Positions 22,035 through 32,179 are shown, counted from the stretch's first letter. The stretch: 54,227 nt of DNA from a virus (IMGVR_UViG_3300032249_000551:1-54227); one strand, 5' to 3'. The notes: generated from the sequence alone by a model not told the origin. Numbers and translations: made by a program.

Positions 22035-24152
22035 TCATTGACTATCCTTGATTAATTTGACCTCACAAGCGTCTGTTGTGCAGTAAGCCTCTCCGATAGC
22101 ATCGGCTGCCATACCTGCGTACACGCCTGATAAGTCAATAGGCATAAGGCTCATGCGACCTTCTTCATATTCTTCAGATGTAATCTGTGTGTAAGGCATC
22201 TGTGGATAGACCATGTTACCCATTGGTAGGAAACTAATCGTCTTTAGCTGACCATCGTGCATGTGCAAGATAGAAGCAATAGAGTCTGATTCCTTCTCAG
22301 GGTCAAAGGTTACAGTTACAGAGACAGAGTTATCTGACCAGTAACGCTGTACGACTACAGCGAGTGCAACCTTTTCATGAACTGAAACTTCTTTTTCTGC
22401 TCTCTTAGCGGTAGTCTCAATTGGGAAGAATACAACGCTTGTTGTTTCTGGAGATTCAGAAGCGGGTTCAACTCTGTAGTTTGCCATCTTAAATAGCGGA
22501 AGCATTGGGTCAGAGTTTGCAAAGCGGATTGCTCTGTTAAAGAACTTACCGCCTGATGCCCAGTGAACGCCAGGAGACTCTCCAGCAAGGATAGAGACAG
22601 TTCCCGATGGCTTTACTGTGGTCATCTTGATTGACTGACGGATGCCAAGCCACTCAGAGTAAGACTCGTCATACTTCTTTACGACTTCGTAGCCAGTGTT
22701 TAGCCAGTCACGCAATACAGTCCAGCCATTGTTATCTGCAAAGTTAGCAATACCAGAGATTGATGTTCCAATACGGCGGTTACGTTGCATGATTGCGTTG
22801 GTCTCTTCCCAGTGAGTTGGTAGAAGAGTTACAGTCTTGGCGTAAAGATAGGCAAACTTCAATGTTCTTTTGAAGTCTTCTAAATCAGTGTGGCGATTCA
22901 AGTAAGTCTCCACAAGTGTGCAACACTCATAAGACTCAAGAGATTGTTCAGCGCAAGGGTTGTATCCAGCGATTCGCCAATCTTTGTTGTTAGGTGGGTC
23001 AATAAGACGACCGTACTTGCGTGATACATCCATCCACACAACTCCAGGCTCACCATTACGAACGATGCCGTCAATAATCTTAGAGAAGTCTGAACCGACC
23101 TTTGCCTCTACAGAGTTGTTAGACATCCAAGCCCACCCTGGATTAGCAGGGTCATAAGAGTTACGCTCAGGAAAGACTTCTGGGTTCTTAAGGTTTAAAA
23201 AGGTGTCGTCATCAATCTGACCTATAAGAAGCTCAGCACTACGGCGTACATTTCCTGAAACAACACACACGCCAATCATGTTGCCAATGTCTGCTATGTC
23301 AGTCTTAGATAACTTCTCACCAACACGACCAGCAAACATCTTGTTGATGTGGTTGTGGAGTCTTAGGAGAGGTTCGTGTCCTGCTGCAGTTCCACCAAAG
23401 GTCTTGATTGGCGTACCTGCTGGGCGGATTTCTTCGTAATCAAATACTGGAGCCTTCGTATCTGGCTTGAGGTAGGCATTGATGAGGGCGGCTGTAGATT
23501 CAACCCATCCTTCTCTGGTGTCAGGGATTTTATATTCGTAAGTTTCTTTTGGTTCATAGATTGTGAAGTCCTTGTCTGCTCCCTTGTCATCAAAGCCAAC
23601 GCCCACTCCGAGCATTGAGGCTTCCATAAGGAAAGCGAATGGTTTTGCTGGGTCGGTTTTTACCATTGACCCAGTAGATACAAACGCACAGTTCTGCAAA
23701 GCAGCAGAGTTGCGTTGTTCATTAACGAGTGGGGTACCCATTACCCATAGTCCACGTCCAGGTGGAGTCCACTTCAGGTTGAAGAGACGGTCAAATGCTT
23801 CTTTAGCCGAGGCTGCTGCCTTAGCGTCTGACCAAGGAAGTCGCTGACGCTTGGCGTGGTCTTTCTGTAGGGAGTACATGCCGTTGATGACTCGCTCACA
23901 TACATCTACCCAAGTCTCCTTAGTACCATCTGCCTTAAGTCGTGAATAGGTACGAAGAAAAGTAATTTCTCCAACTGAGTTTCCAGCAGCATCCCTATAC
24001 CCGAAAGGAGCCTTCTTGTCCTTGTACGAAGCGACGAAGTCATTTGTTAATTCAAAAGAAAACAGACCCAATTCCTTACCACCATTTCTATGTTTATGTA
24101 AATACCCCTTAACAGGGAACCCTATTGTGCCGTGGCGAAACCTACCACGCAC
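22035..24152 (-). CDS. nrdJ: Class II (adenosylcobalamin-dependent) ribonucleotide reductase, monomeric RTPR type; true start probably near 24071
   Basis: TFLRTYSR, PPGRGLW, LQNC, GNVRRSA, NPCAEQ, TVKPSGT, C-terminal CxxxxC. Confidence 0.93.
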   Translation of the reverse strand: MRGRFRHGTIGFPVKGYLHKHRNGGKELGLFSFELTNDFVASYKDKKAPFGYRDAAGNSVGEITFLRTYSRLKADGTKETWVDVCERVINGMYSLQKDHAKRQRLPWSDAKAAASAKEAFDRLFNLKWTPPGRGLWVMGTPLVNEQRNSAALQNCAFVSTGSMVKTDPAKPFAFLMEASMLGVGVGFDDKGADKDFTIYEPKETYEYKIPDTREGWVESTAALINAYLKPDTKAPVFDYEEIRPAGTPIKTFGGTAAGHEPLLRLHNHINKMFAGRVGEKLSKTDIADIGNMIGVCVVSGNVRRSAELLIGQIDDDTFLNLKNPEVFPERNSYDPANPGWAWMSNNSVEAKVGSDFSKIIDGIVRNGEPGVVWMDVSRKYGRLIDPPNNKDWRIAGYNPCAEQSLESYECCTLVETYLNRHTDLEDFKRTLKFAYLYAKTVTLLPTHWEETNAIMQRNRRIGTSISGIANFADNNGWTVLRDWLNTGYEVVKKYDESYSEWLGIRQSIKMTTVKPSGTVSILAGESPGVHWASGGKFFNRAIRFANSDPMLPLFKMANYRVEPASESPETTSVVFFPIETTAKRAEKEVSVHEKVALAVVVQRYWSDNSVSVTVTFDPEKESDSIASILHMHDGQLKTISFLPMGNMVYPQMPYTQITSEEYEEGRMSLMPIDLSGVYAGMAADAIGEAYCTTDACEVKLIKDSQ

Positions 24153-24233
24153 TTGTTAACTTTGTTTACTTTAAAATCTATCTTGGCAGGGTGAACCCTG
24201 ATTCAGGTTAGAGGAAGTACTGTTATCAAGTAA

Positions 24234-25742
24234 CTAGTCTTCTAGTGAAGACTGAATAATTTTTGTGACTGTATCTTCTTTTAAGGCTTGAGGTAACTCT
24301 CTTAGAGCTTGAGCTTTGTCTCCGAAGATAGCGGAAAGAACTCCACCAGCGCCTTGACGCTGTGCTGTAATCTGAATGAACTCTTTGTCCGAGGCCATGT
24401 CGTTAACTTCTTTAACCATTTTGATTAGGCGGTCAACTTCTTGAGAGACGTTTGGGTCTGCGTATCCACCGTTCATTTCTTCAGCAAAACGCATAAAAGC
24501 AACTCTTTGACCCTGCATTTCAATCATTGAGGTCATCAAAGCCTTGAGTTGGTCTTTGGTTTTGACTTCAATAGGGAGGTTGAAGGCACACGTATTTAAG
24601 GGTTTGAAGGCTGGACAGTTGGCAGCTACAAAGCAAGTGTCACACTGTCTTAAAGAAGATTGCTGGGTTTGTACTACTGGGATATCCATCAGGACGTCTT
24701 TGCCGTCATCGTCTGTTTCAACAACAGTCTTCATCTTGTATCCAAAAACAGGTAGGTTCTGAACCTCTGAAGGGTCTCTTTGGACTACTTCTTGACGCTC
24801 AAGTTTCCGCATCTCAGAGACACTGTTATCAGAAAGTACCCCCCCTAGTTCCATCAAACCACTCATGAGTGGTGTGTCACTGTTATCAGATACTTTGCCT
24901 TCTTTACCCCCATCAATGATGTGGAAATTAGGTGTTTTCTTGTCCATGGATGCCTCTAACTGTAGGTATGACCAGACCGCAACTCTAGTCGCTTCAAGGG
25001 TGTTATCTTGGCTAAACCCCAAATAGTCTAACCCTGCCTTCTCTACAATGCGCTTGTAGCGAGGGCGTGCTTGGTCTTTCATGCGCTTTGGGTAACGCTT
25101 AATTTGGGCGCCATCCCATACAATTGTTTCGCCTCTTCGCATTGGGCTAAGCCATGACAATGTGCTGGCAGTGCTAAATGGTACCTGTCGGATGTTGTCT
25201 GGCTTGGCACAGGCAAGGGCGTGGTACTGAGTCCCAAACTGCCTCTGGTAGCCCCGTGTGAGGGCTGCTAGGCTGGTTACAGACTCAATCTCGTCGTTGG
25301 GTATAACTACGTTCTGGTAGGTCTGAGACATTAGTTTAAGGGATGGCAGACCGTACTCTTCATGCCAGACTACCCAGAACTTAGGGTCGTGCTCATAAAA
25401 GGGTCTCTGGGCTTCTACCCAATCCTTGCCTAAAACCATAGAGTCAAACTCCATAAAGGCTGATGCTCTCTCAGAGTTATCCACAAGGAACTCTTGGTAA
25501 TCAGCGGCTAAAGAAGTTAATTCTTCTTTTGACAGTCCTGCTTTGTCAGCTTGAGCTGCACCAGACTCAATGAACACCTGGGTGTCGGCATCAAAGTGCT
25601 CGCTAATCAACCATCTTTTGGTAGTGGGCAAACCTCTTTTGCGTAACGTCCAAAAGTTGAGTCCCATTGACTCAACCTTGGAACCAAAAAGAAGATTGCG
25701 GTTGGAGCCTACTTCAGCCCCGCTAAAGATGACACGCATCAA
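24234..25742 (-). CDS. Possible TGT/DpdA-like TIM-barrel protein (degenerate motifs) fused to a C-terminal Cys4 domain
   Basis: VFIESGA, EFDS, YHALAC and ASTLSW line up with the DSG, xD, HxxG and DSxSW motifs of phage queuine-tRNA-ribosyltransferase-like proteins; CDTC....CP......C. Confidence 0.45.
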   Translation of the reverse strand: MMRVIFSGAEVGSNRNLLFGSKVESMGLNFWTLRKRGLPTTKRWLISEHFDADTQVFIESGAAQADKAGLSKEELTSLAADYQEFLVDNSERASAFMEFDSMVLGKDWVEAQRPFYEHDPKFWVVWHEEYGLPSLKLMSQTYQNVVIPNDEIESVTSLAALTRGYQRQFGTQYHALACAKPDNIRQVPFSTASTLSWLSPMRRGETIVWDGAQIKRYPKRMKDQARPRYKRIVEKAGLDYLGFSQDNTLEATRVAVWSYLQLEASMDKKTPNFHIIDGGKEGKVSDNSDTPLMSGLMELGGVLSDNSVSEMRKLERQEVVQRDPSEVQNLPVFGYKMKTVVETDDDGKDVLMDIPVVQTQQSSLRQCDTCFVAANCPAFKPLNTCAFNLPIEVKTKDQLKALMTSMIEMQGQRVAFMRFAEEMNGGYADPNVSQEVDRLIKMVKEVNDMASDKEFIQITAQRQGAGGVLSAIFGDKAQALRELPQALKEDTVTKIIQSSLED

Positions 25743-26233
25743 TCAGACCAGAGTTCAGCCACTGTATCTTTTGGTCTTTGTGCTTGTTCTGAGCGTGCGA
25801 TGTTTACTTTGTTGATAGAGTCTTCAATGTCCGACCAGCGTCGTACTTTCTTTGGGGCATCTGGTCGGTTTTCAACCACAGCAAACCCAGGATGGCTGAA
25901 GAGAAGTGCTGGAACTCTTTGCTCCATAAAAACCCAAGCACACATAGTTGGGTCAGCATCTACGTACATCTCAATCGGAGCTCTGGAACGAGAGAGAGTG
26001 AACTGTCTCTTCTTTAGGTCCTCACCTGCCAGCTCAAAAGAAGAATCAATCAAGTCGTCGTAGTTAATGATTCCGTGCGAGTTTAACCATTGCTTGGCAT
26101 CTGCTTCTTTGCGGGAGGTCATGATGGCAACACGGTTATTGATATTTAGGGCGTAGTAAAGCGCCACTCCTGCACGGATTGGTTCTCCAGAATCCGAACT
26201 TAGTACGCCGTCTAGTGATACGAGTATGTTCAT
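25739..26233 (-). CDS. HAD-superfamily-like protein (motif I degenerate)
   Basis: ILVSLDGVL, IMTSR, WL..HG, LKK, YVDADP. Confidence 0.6.
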   Translation of the reverse strand: MNILVSLDGVLSSDSGEPIRAGVALYYALNINNRVAIMTSRKEADAKQWLNSHGIINYDDLIDSSFELAGEDLKKRQFTLSRSRAPIEMYVDADPTMCAWVFMEQRVPALLFSHPGFAVVENRPDAPKKVRRWSDIEDSINKVNIARSEQAQRPKDTVAELWSD

Positions 26234-26237
26234 TTAT

Positions 26238-26546
26238 TTATAGGCTATCTGCCCAAGCCTTTCCTTCTTTAGACTGAATGTTTGAGTGAATTGGTTTTAC
26301 TATTCCTTTTTGAGCATTTGCATGTAACAACATTCCTGTTGCAACACCTTTTCTTCTATGTTCTGGAAAAGTAGTTATTTGTAATATGTGACCACCAACT
26401 GGGTCCCATTCCATCATTCCTGCCATTTTATTGGTTGAAGAGTGAACAGCAGTAACTCTGTGGGCTTCTTCTCCGTACTCGTTTGGGTTACCTGGTTCAA
26501 AATCGTAGTCATACTTTCCAAGCTGTGTTTCGCTTAAGTTGCTCAT
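26238..26546 (-). CDS. GNAT-family N-acetyltransferase
   Basis: ITTFPEHRRKGVATGML; HS..QS.EG.AW. Confidence 0.75.
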   Translation of the reverse strand: MSNLSETQLGKYDYDFEPGNPNEYGEEAHRVTAVHSSTNKMAGMMEWDPVGGHILQITTFPEHRRKGVATGMLLHANAQKGIVKPIHSNIQSKEGKAWADSL

Positions 26547-27475
26547 CCTTTTGCCCTATACGTTGCTGCTCTCCTAATAAGAGTCTGAGTATCTGGCAGT
26601 TCAACACCGTAAGTCTCGTCTGCTTGTTGTGCTTTGTATGCTGACCAGTACTCAGACATCTTCTTTAGGGCAGGTACGGTTCCGTACTTCTTTCCAGCCT
26701 GCCATCTATAGTTGTAAAAATCTGCGTAACCTTCGCCCTCTGTACGAAAGGCAAACTTGCGTGCCCCGTGAATGTCTTCATACATTGCAGAACCCTGCGT
26801 TAGGGCTGCGTGCAGGCGTGCCTCTGCATTACGGCGTGCTGGGTCGTTCTGTGCAGCCTGTACGTCAGTTAACGCCTTGGTATAGCGTGTAACAATCTCG
26901 GTTGCTACTGATAGGTCACGCTTTGCTACTTCATCCCATACGCGATTTTCTGGAGCAGTTGTCTGCTCAGGATGGACTGTCCACTCATTGTGGGTTAGGT
27001 CGTATGCTGCATAAGGGTTGATAGTGCGAATGTCGGTAGCACCTGGGTTTACATAGAAGGTAACCTCATACCCGTTCCAGTCTTGTGTCTCTGGCTGTAG
27101 GTGAATGCGGAAATCTTCGTTTAACATACGGCTAATCTCTACATCACCAAGACCCATAAACTCTGGATGGGCTTTGCGGAACTGAATGTAGTTAACCCCA
27201 ATAAGAACGTCTAAGTCCCCAGGTTGGCGTGCTGCTGACCATTGATATGAGACACCAGAGCCTGCAATCCATACGTGCGCCCATAGGTTTGGGTTACGGT
27301 ATTTCTCATTTAAGAAACCAAACAGAAGTTGAAGTATCCCATTACGAACCCATCCCTTTAAAGTCTTTTCTGAGAATAACTTAGGGTCTAACTCTGTTTC
27401 AGGGGCAGAAAAATAGGAAGTAGCAGTTCCCTGAATGTGGACAGGGTTTGAGTTACTTCCTAAGTTCTTAAACAT
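26543..27475 (-). CDS. Pol-beta-superfamily nucleotidyltransferase
   Basis: IAGSGVSYQW....GDLDVLI (GS...DxD); leaderless TAAACT-6nt-ATG. Confidence 0.75.
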   Translation of the reverse strand: MFKNLGSNSNPVHIQGTATSYFSAPETELDPKLFSEKTLKGWVRNGILQLLFGFLNEKYRNPNLWAHVWIAGSGVSYQWSAARQPGDLDVLIGVNYIQFRKAHPEFMGLGDVEISRMLNEDFRIHLQPETQDWNGYEVTFYVNPGATDIRTINPYAAYDLTHNEWTVHPEQTTAPENRVWDEVAKRDLSVATEIVTRYTKALTDVQAAQNDPARRNAEARLHAALTQGSAMYEDIHGARKFAFRTEGEGYADFYNYRWQAGKKYGTVPALKKMSEYWSAYKAQQADETYGVELPDTQTLIRRAATYRAKG

Positions 27476-27494
27476 AGCCTTAGTTTAGAGCGTA

Positions 27495-27782
27495 TTAAGC
27501 TTTTGTTGGGTCTATCCCACGCTCAGATAATGCTTCTGCAATCTTTGCACGCTGTTGCTCGCTAGGAGGTACAGGCTGTAGGGCATCAACTACGGCTTTA
27601 GCAACACGCTCAGCCAGTAGGAAGTCATCAATCTCTGAGACTAGTTGCTTGCTAGTCTGATAAATATCGTAGGTACTAGCGGTACGCGTTACGTTCTCAG
27701 TAACAGGCACTGTTTCAAGTGTCCCATCTGACCTCATTATTACAGAGTACGCTGCTTGAATCTTAGGTGTTTCTTCAGTCAT
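27495..27782 (-). CDS. Hypothetical protein
   Basis: 95 aa, coupled. Confidence 0.65.
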   Translation of the reverse strand: MTEETPKIQAAYSVIMRSDGTLETVPVTENVTRTASTYDIYQTSKQLVSEIDDFLLAERVAKAVVDALQPVPPSEQQRAKIAEALSERGIDPTKA

Positions 27783-28330
27783 TAGTTTAGTCCTAACAGT
27801 TTTTGTTTGCGTTGGTTTACGGCGATAGATACTGGGCAGAAGTTACAGAGGTAGGTCTTTGGACCTGCTTCATCCTGGTAACGGCCCATACCCTCTGCTT
27901 TACGTTCTTTTGCAGTATTAGGTATGAGTAGCTTTTCTTTGATTTGCCAATCATTGCAACCATCTTTAGGTTTGTTGTGCTGTTGGTAGCAAGACATGGC
28001 GTCTTCAAGAAACATAGAGCGTGAGTCGTAAAAAGTATCATCTACTTCTGCAAGACCCTTAGAACCTCCGCCTTTAATCTGGCGAATGATTTCTTTCTTA
28101 GACTCTGTTTTTGCCCAAGCACGTAAAGGCAGAACAAACAGTTTGCCTTTGTGTGGCTCACCTGATGGAAATACGTGTGCTTCACAAGCAATCGCTAACA
28201 GGTGGTCTTGTTCTGGAGCGCCCTCGTATGGAGGAAGTTCATCTAAAGATTCGCAGACGAGACAGTACAACAACCGAAACATCGGTTCATTGTCCATCTT
28301 TTTTTCGCCCAAAATAGGTACGTTACTCAT
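27782..28330 (-). CDS. Hypothetical Cys/His-rich Zn-binding protein
   Basis: CLVC, H..H, C..H......C, YLCNFCP; AAGGAG RBS. Confidence 0.7.
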   Translation of the reverse strand: MSNVPILGEKKMDNEPMFRLLYCLVCESLDELPPYEGAPEQDHLLAIACEAHVFPSGEPHKGKLFVLPLRAWAKTESKKEIIRQIKGGGSKGLAEVDDTFYDSRSMFLEDAMSCYQQHNKPKDGCNDWQIKEKLLIPNTAKERKAEGMGRYQDEAGPKTYLCNFCPVSIAVNQRKQKLLGLN

Positions 28331-28365
28331 TGTGCTCCTTGTAGTAGTCCGATTATCTTAGCAGA

Positions 28366-28749
28366 TTATTGATTCCACAACCCTTGCTCTGCTGAGTCAG
28401 CCTTGGCTTTGCGCTTTGCTGCACGACGTTCCATAGTCTTTTCACGCTCACTCTTAACGCCAATTGCACGGCGAGTTACTGCCTGCTTCTGTGCAGTAGT
28501 TGGGCTGTGGTAAACATCTGGGTAATGCCATCCACCTTCGTGGTGTACAGCCAATGGTGTGTCAGAACGTGGGTCGTTAACTGTGTAGTCAATGTTCTTT
28601 AGGCCCTTTAGTGCCTCTGAAAACTGAGTACCAGATAACCAACCGTGTGAACGTGGTGCTCCTGCGTGTCCCTCAAAGTTGTTACCCTTGAATGGTTCAC
28701 GAGCTGCAATTAGTGGACCAGCATTTACGTTAGAAGTTCTTTTAGCCAT
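28366..28749 (-). CDS. Hypothetical protein
   Basis: 127 aa; TP.A....W.Y....SPTT..KQ pattern. Confidence 0.65.
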   Translation of the reverse strand: MAKRTSNVNAGPLIAAREPFKGNNFEGHAGAPRSHGWLSGTQFSEALKGLKNIDYTVNDPRSDTPLAVHHEGGWHYPDVYHSPTTAQKQAVTRRAIGVKSEREKTMERRAAKRKAKADSAEQGLWNQ

Positions 28750-28910
28750 TATCTTCCCATCGCTTTCTTATGGTTTTTACGTGCACATTTGCCGCATACT
28801 GTTCCTGCAAAATAACCTAATGCATCTTCATGACCGCATTTAGCAACCATTTTATTTTGAGGTGGTTGAATATTGCGGTTCTCTTGTGAGCGGTCTGGGA
28901 CATTAGCCAT
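28749..28910 (-). CDS. Small Zn-binding protein (53 aa)
   Basis: MANVPDR...KCGH.......VCGKC; fills the gap with coupling on both sides. Confidence 0.55.
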   Translation of the reverse strand: MANVPDRSQENRNIQPPQNKMVAKCGHEDALGYFAGTVCGKCARKNHKKAMGR

Positions 28911-28912
28911 GA

Positions 28913-29119
28913 TTACTTACCTGGGTTTACCTTGTTTGGAAACTCAGATGTGATGAAACCATAACCGTAAAAAGGATGAAGTGATTGACGATTGTCTAAC
29001 GTTGATTCGTCACCAAGACCAGGAATTACCTCTGTGTCTGGACGAGCTTTGCGATACTTACCATCTGTAGCACCATTGTTTAGTGATGCGTTCATTGAAC
29101 GTGATGAATTAACAGCCAT
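28913..29119 (-). CDS. Hypothetical protein
   Basis: 68 aa; AAGGA RBS. Confidence 0.65.
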   Translation of the reverse strand: MAVNSSRSMNASLNNGATDGKYRKARPDTEVIPGLGDESTLDNRQSLHPFYGYGFITSEFPNKVNPGK

Positions 29120-29121
29120 GA

Positions 29122-29400
29122 TTATTGACTCTTTCCTTTAGTTCTTGGTTGTGAACCTGGTTTGATTACTCTAAAACCATCATTTTTTTCTGTTGGCATA
29201 TCAGCAAACGCTTTTTCACTCGCTGGTTTTCCCCATGTGCGTGCGTTTTCAGAGCCATGTCCTGCTGCTATACGGTTTGCGTACTCGTTACCGCTGTTAG
29301 ACCACTGCGTAGTTGCTGGACGTGGATTCTTTAAACCCTTGCTTTTCATCCCTGTAATTTTGCCCAATGGCTTTTTATTACGGCGGTCGTTAAAAAACAT
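29122..29400 (-). CDS. Hypothetical basic protein
   Basis: 92 aa; GAGG RBS. Confidence 0.6.
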   Translation of the reverse strand: MFFNDRRNKKPLGKITGMKSKGLKNPRPATTQWSNSGNEYANRIAAGHGSENARTWGKPASEKAFADMPTEKNDGFRVIKPGSQPRTKGKSQ

Positions 29401-30318
29401 TTAATTACCTCTTTGTCTTTGTGCTCGCTGGGTTTCCATCTTTTTGCCCTCAGATAGTCTATCGGCAATTCCTGACTTAAGTTGGGTTATAACGCTAGAA
29501 GAATTGTGTTTAGGGTAAATGGTGTGATGAGCCATAGCCCCTAGTGCATGATGGATGGTTTTATCCATGTCTAAAATAGTAGGGTGAAGGGTGTTGAACG
29601 CCTCTACGTGACCATGGTAATCAGAGGTACCTTTGGTACGTCCCATATCGTCAATGTGCTTAATGGCTTGGTTTACTGCTGGAGCAATGACTTTGTGAGG
29701 CACTGCTAATCCCTTTAATTTACGAGTTGCTTTTTCTCCAGTAGGTTTTGACTCGTCAATGTAAACAGGCTCACGACGGGCACCTGCTCCTGGAGCAAGG
29801 GTAGGACGAGAGCGCTCAGGTGCTGGCGCTACTGGTTCTAATACAGTTGTTTTAAATTCTTGTGGTTTGGCAAATGGTAATTGAACTATGCGACCAGTTT
29901 TTGCATCTCGCACAACTTTGTTAGTTGGTTTTTTCTTTTTTCTTTTTGGTCCTGGTTCAACAATAGTTACTCCACGAGCAAGTTCTCCACGCTTTGGTGC
30001 TCTAATACCTTTTTGAGCTAACTTTTTTCCTGTACTAATTACAGGACCTGGTAATTGAACTTTAGGAGCAGCAGAGGGACCTTGGTCTTCATCTCCTGCA
30101 ACACGAGTAGTGTCTACACCTAATCCTATGCGCCCGCTCTTTTTATCACGTGCAAGTACTTTTTTAGCTTTAACGTCCTCAACGCTAACACGCTTATCAT
30201 CTGTTTCTTTTTCAGATTTAGCTTTTTCAGCAGCAGCAAGTTCAGCAGCGGAACCTTTTAGGCGTTTAGACTCCTCTAAAGATAAAGGTGTTTTTTTTCC
30301 TTTTTCGTCTTTAGGCAT
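29401..30318 (-). CDS. Hypothetical Lys/Pro-rich protein
   Basis: 305 aa, largely low complexity, two RDxKxGRI motifs. Confidence 0.7.
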   Translation of the reverse strand: MPKDEKGKKTPLSLEESKRLKGSAAELAAAEKAKSEKETDDKRVSVEDVKAKKVLARDKKSGRIGLGVDTTRVAGDEDQGPSAAPKVQLPGPVISTGKKLAQKGIRAPKRGELARGVTIVEPGPKRKKKKPTNKVVRDAKTGRIVQLPFAKPQEFKTTVLEPVAPAPERSRPTLAPGAGARREPVYIDESKPTGEKATRKLKGLAVPHKVIAPAVNQAIKHIDDMGRTKGTSDYHGHVEAFNTLHPTILDMDKTIHHALGAMAHHTIYPKHNSSSVITQLKSGIADRLSEGKKMETQRAQRQRGN

Positions 30319-30320
30319 GA

Positions 30321-30521
30321 TTAAACCATCTTCCGCTTTATACGGTCAGACATCTTTTGAGAGTAGCAAGATGCGCACATACCTTTGCTGTGCAATACCT
30401 GTACTGGGTTCATAATAATTCCGCAAGTTGAGCATGGATGTGAACCCTTGTACCGAGTTGCATTCTCAGCAATTTGACGTGCTTGAATTTCCATCATGAA
30501 TGAGCCGTCTCCATCATCCAT
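30321..30521 (-). CDS. Small Zn-finger protein
   Basis: CSTC...MCASC. Confidence 0.65.
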   Translation of the reverse strand: MDDGDGSFMMEIQARQIAENATRYKGSHPCSTCGIIMNPVQVLHSKGMCASCYSQKMSDRIKRKMV

Positions 30522-30523
30522 GG

Positions 30524-30718
30524 TTATTTCTCCTCTGGCTTATGCCAAGACGTCATTCCCTTTGGGTAATCTAACTTACCTTTTGGTGTGTTGCGGTTAA
30601 TTCCATGTCCTGTTGAAAACGCTGAGTACAAAGGCTCGCTTGATGCTGGACGACCACTACGGTCTGCAGGACCTTTTGCCCATCGTTTTGCCCAGTTTGA
30701 TGCGTTGCTATTACCCAT
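30524..30718 (-). CDS. Hypothetical protein
   Basis: 64 aa, coupled. Confidence 0.55.
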   Translation of the reverse strand: MGNSNASNWAKRWAKGPADRSGRPASSEPLYSAFSTGHGINRNTPKGKLDYPKGMTSWHKPEEK

Positions 30719-31089
30719 TAGATACCACCTAAGTCGTTACGAGATGCGGCTTGGAATCCTGCTACACCGCCTGAGAACCAGGATACACGTGGCTCTGCGT
30801 AAACTCTGTCTATAGTTACAACATCATCAATTCCTGGTTGTCCACGGAATCCATAACCAAAACGGTCAGGAAACAAACGAATCTGTGGAAGTGGTGGACG
30901 AACCATTGCTTGGATGTCTTTTCCAGGAACGTTCATAATCATGAGCGCTTGAGTTGTTAAACGCTCCATGTTGGATGTAAAAGGCCCATTATACTGCCAA
31001 CGTTTTGCTACTTGGTCAGGCTGTATTGGTGCACGCCATGGCTTTGTGTAATCGTAATTACCGTCAAATTTTTGCGTCATTATCGCCAC
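30718..31089 (-). CDS. Hypothetical protein
   Basis: About 120 aa, coupled; start likely MTQKFDG. Confidence 0.65.
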   Translation of the reverse strand: MAIMTQKFDGNYDYTKPWRAPIQPDQVAKRWQYNGPFTSNMERLTTQALMIMNVPGKDIQAMVRPPLPQIRLFPDRFGYGFRGQPGIDDVVTIDRVYAEPRVSWFSGGVAGFQAASRNDLGGI

Positions 31090-31613
31090 GCTGGTTTCAA
31101 GTATGCAAGCATTGCTTGACGACGCTCATTGATTTCACCAGGAGTATTAGCGATGGTATTTGCTTTACCATCATTAACAAGGTGAGGAGCTGGAACTAAA
31201 CTTACTTGAGGTGCATTACGCAATGTCTGGTAAACATTAACACCATTTACATTTACGTATGCAGCTTTCATTTGGCGTTCAATGCCAGACATGTCGTTGA
31301 TACCTTCAGGCCAAAAGTACATGGAGGGCTCAATGCGCTCACCCTTGTGTACGCCACGTTGATAGGCTTTCTGGTTGACGCGAGACTTGATACTATCCAG
31401 CAAACGGTCATCACGACGTGAGCGGATAGTGCCAAGGTATCCATCAGGATACTCGGCAGAAGGTACTCTGCCAACACCAATACGAGATGCATCCATCTCG
31501 TCACGGGCTACAGAAGTTCCTGAACCACCCTGATTATTATACCCATACACGCCACCAGACCCAAGGGACTGCCAGTTCTGTGAGGGTGAAAAGTTATTTG
31601 TTCCACCTGGCAT
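31080..31613 (-). CDS. Hypothetical protein (possible virion protein)
   Basis: 177 aa; AEYPDGYLGTI..RR.DRLL, YQRGVHKGERI. Confidence 0.7.
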   Translation of the reverse strand: MPGGTNNFSPSQNWQSLGSGGVYGYNNQGGSGTSVARDEMDASRIGVGRVPSAEYPDGYLGTIRSRRDDRLLDSIKSRVNQKAYQRGVHKGERIEPSMYFWPEGINDMSGIERQMKAAYVNVNGVNVYQTLRNAPQVSLVPAPHLVNDGKANTIANTPGEINERRQAMLAYLKPAWR

Positions 31614-32179
31614 TAGTTTACCTTTGGTGGACGGGGCTCTGTTATGCCGTGACGCTTGCGTGCTGCTTCGTTACGGATATTGCGCATATTGTGCATGTTC
31701 CAAACAGCATCTTCGTTGCGAGAAATCATTTTGCGTTCTGCTGTTTTTTTATACTTATGTCCTGTAGACAAATCAAGTTGAACGCCTTTTTCTTTTGCCT
31801 TGGAATCAACCCAACTTCCCATCACTGCTTTAGCGTCAGTTGCATGTCCTTGTAAACGCAAAAAATGAGATGCAAATTGTTTTGGGTTTAACTTCGGGGA
31901 TTTAGTTCCTGTACTTTCAAAGGCTGTGTCAACAGGTTGACCGCTGAGCTTAGAAGGCTCTTTACCTACTAAAAAAACTTTTTCTCCAGGCTGGATAACA
32001 TTGCCGCTGGTCAAGTTTATTGACGCTCCACCGTAGTTGTTTGTACTGTCTATGAACTCTTGAGCGCCCTTTGGGTTACTAGCCAGTAGGCGTGTTTCGT
32101 CTTTTGTGTACGAAGGTCTTGAGCTGTCTTTAGCAATGTCTTTTAGGCTATCAGGCATCTCACCAGGTCTAGGAGTCAT
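31613..32179 (-). CDS. Hypothetical protein
   Basis: 188 aa; GG.S, MGSW, V.LDLS, NEDAVW pattern. Confidence 0.7.
   Translation of the reverse strand: MTPRPGEMPDSLKDIAKDSSRPSYTKDETRLLASNPKGAQEFIDSTNNYGGASINLTSGNVIQPGEKVFLVGKEPSKLSGQPVDTAFESTGTKSPKLNPKQFASHFLRLQGHATDAKAVMGSWVDSKAKEKGVQLDLSTGHKYKKTAERKMISRNEDAVWNMHNMRNIRNEAARKRHGITEPRPPKVN

Noticed and set aside
24072-24233. Cobalamin riboswitch upstream of nrdJ
   Set aside because: Only short hairpins (CAGGGT-GA-ACCCTG) are visible and no convincing B12-box architecture was recognised
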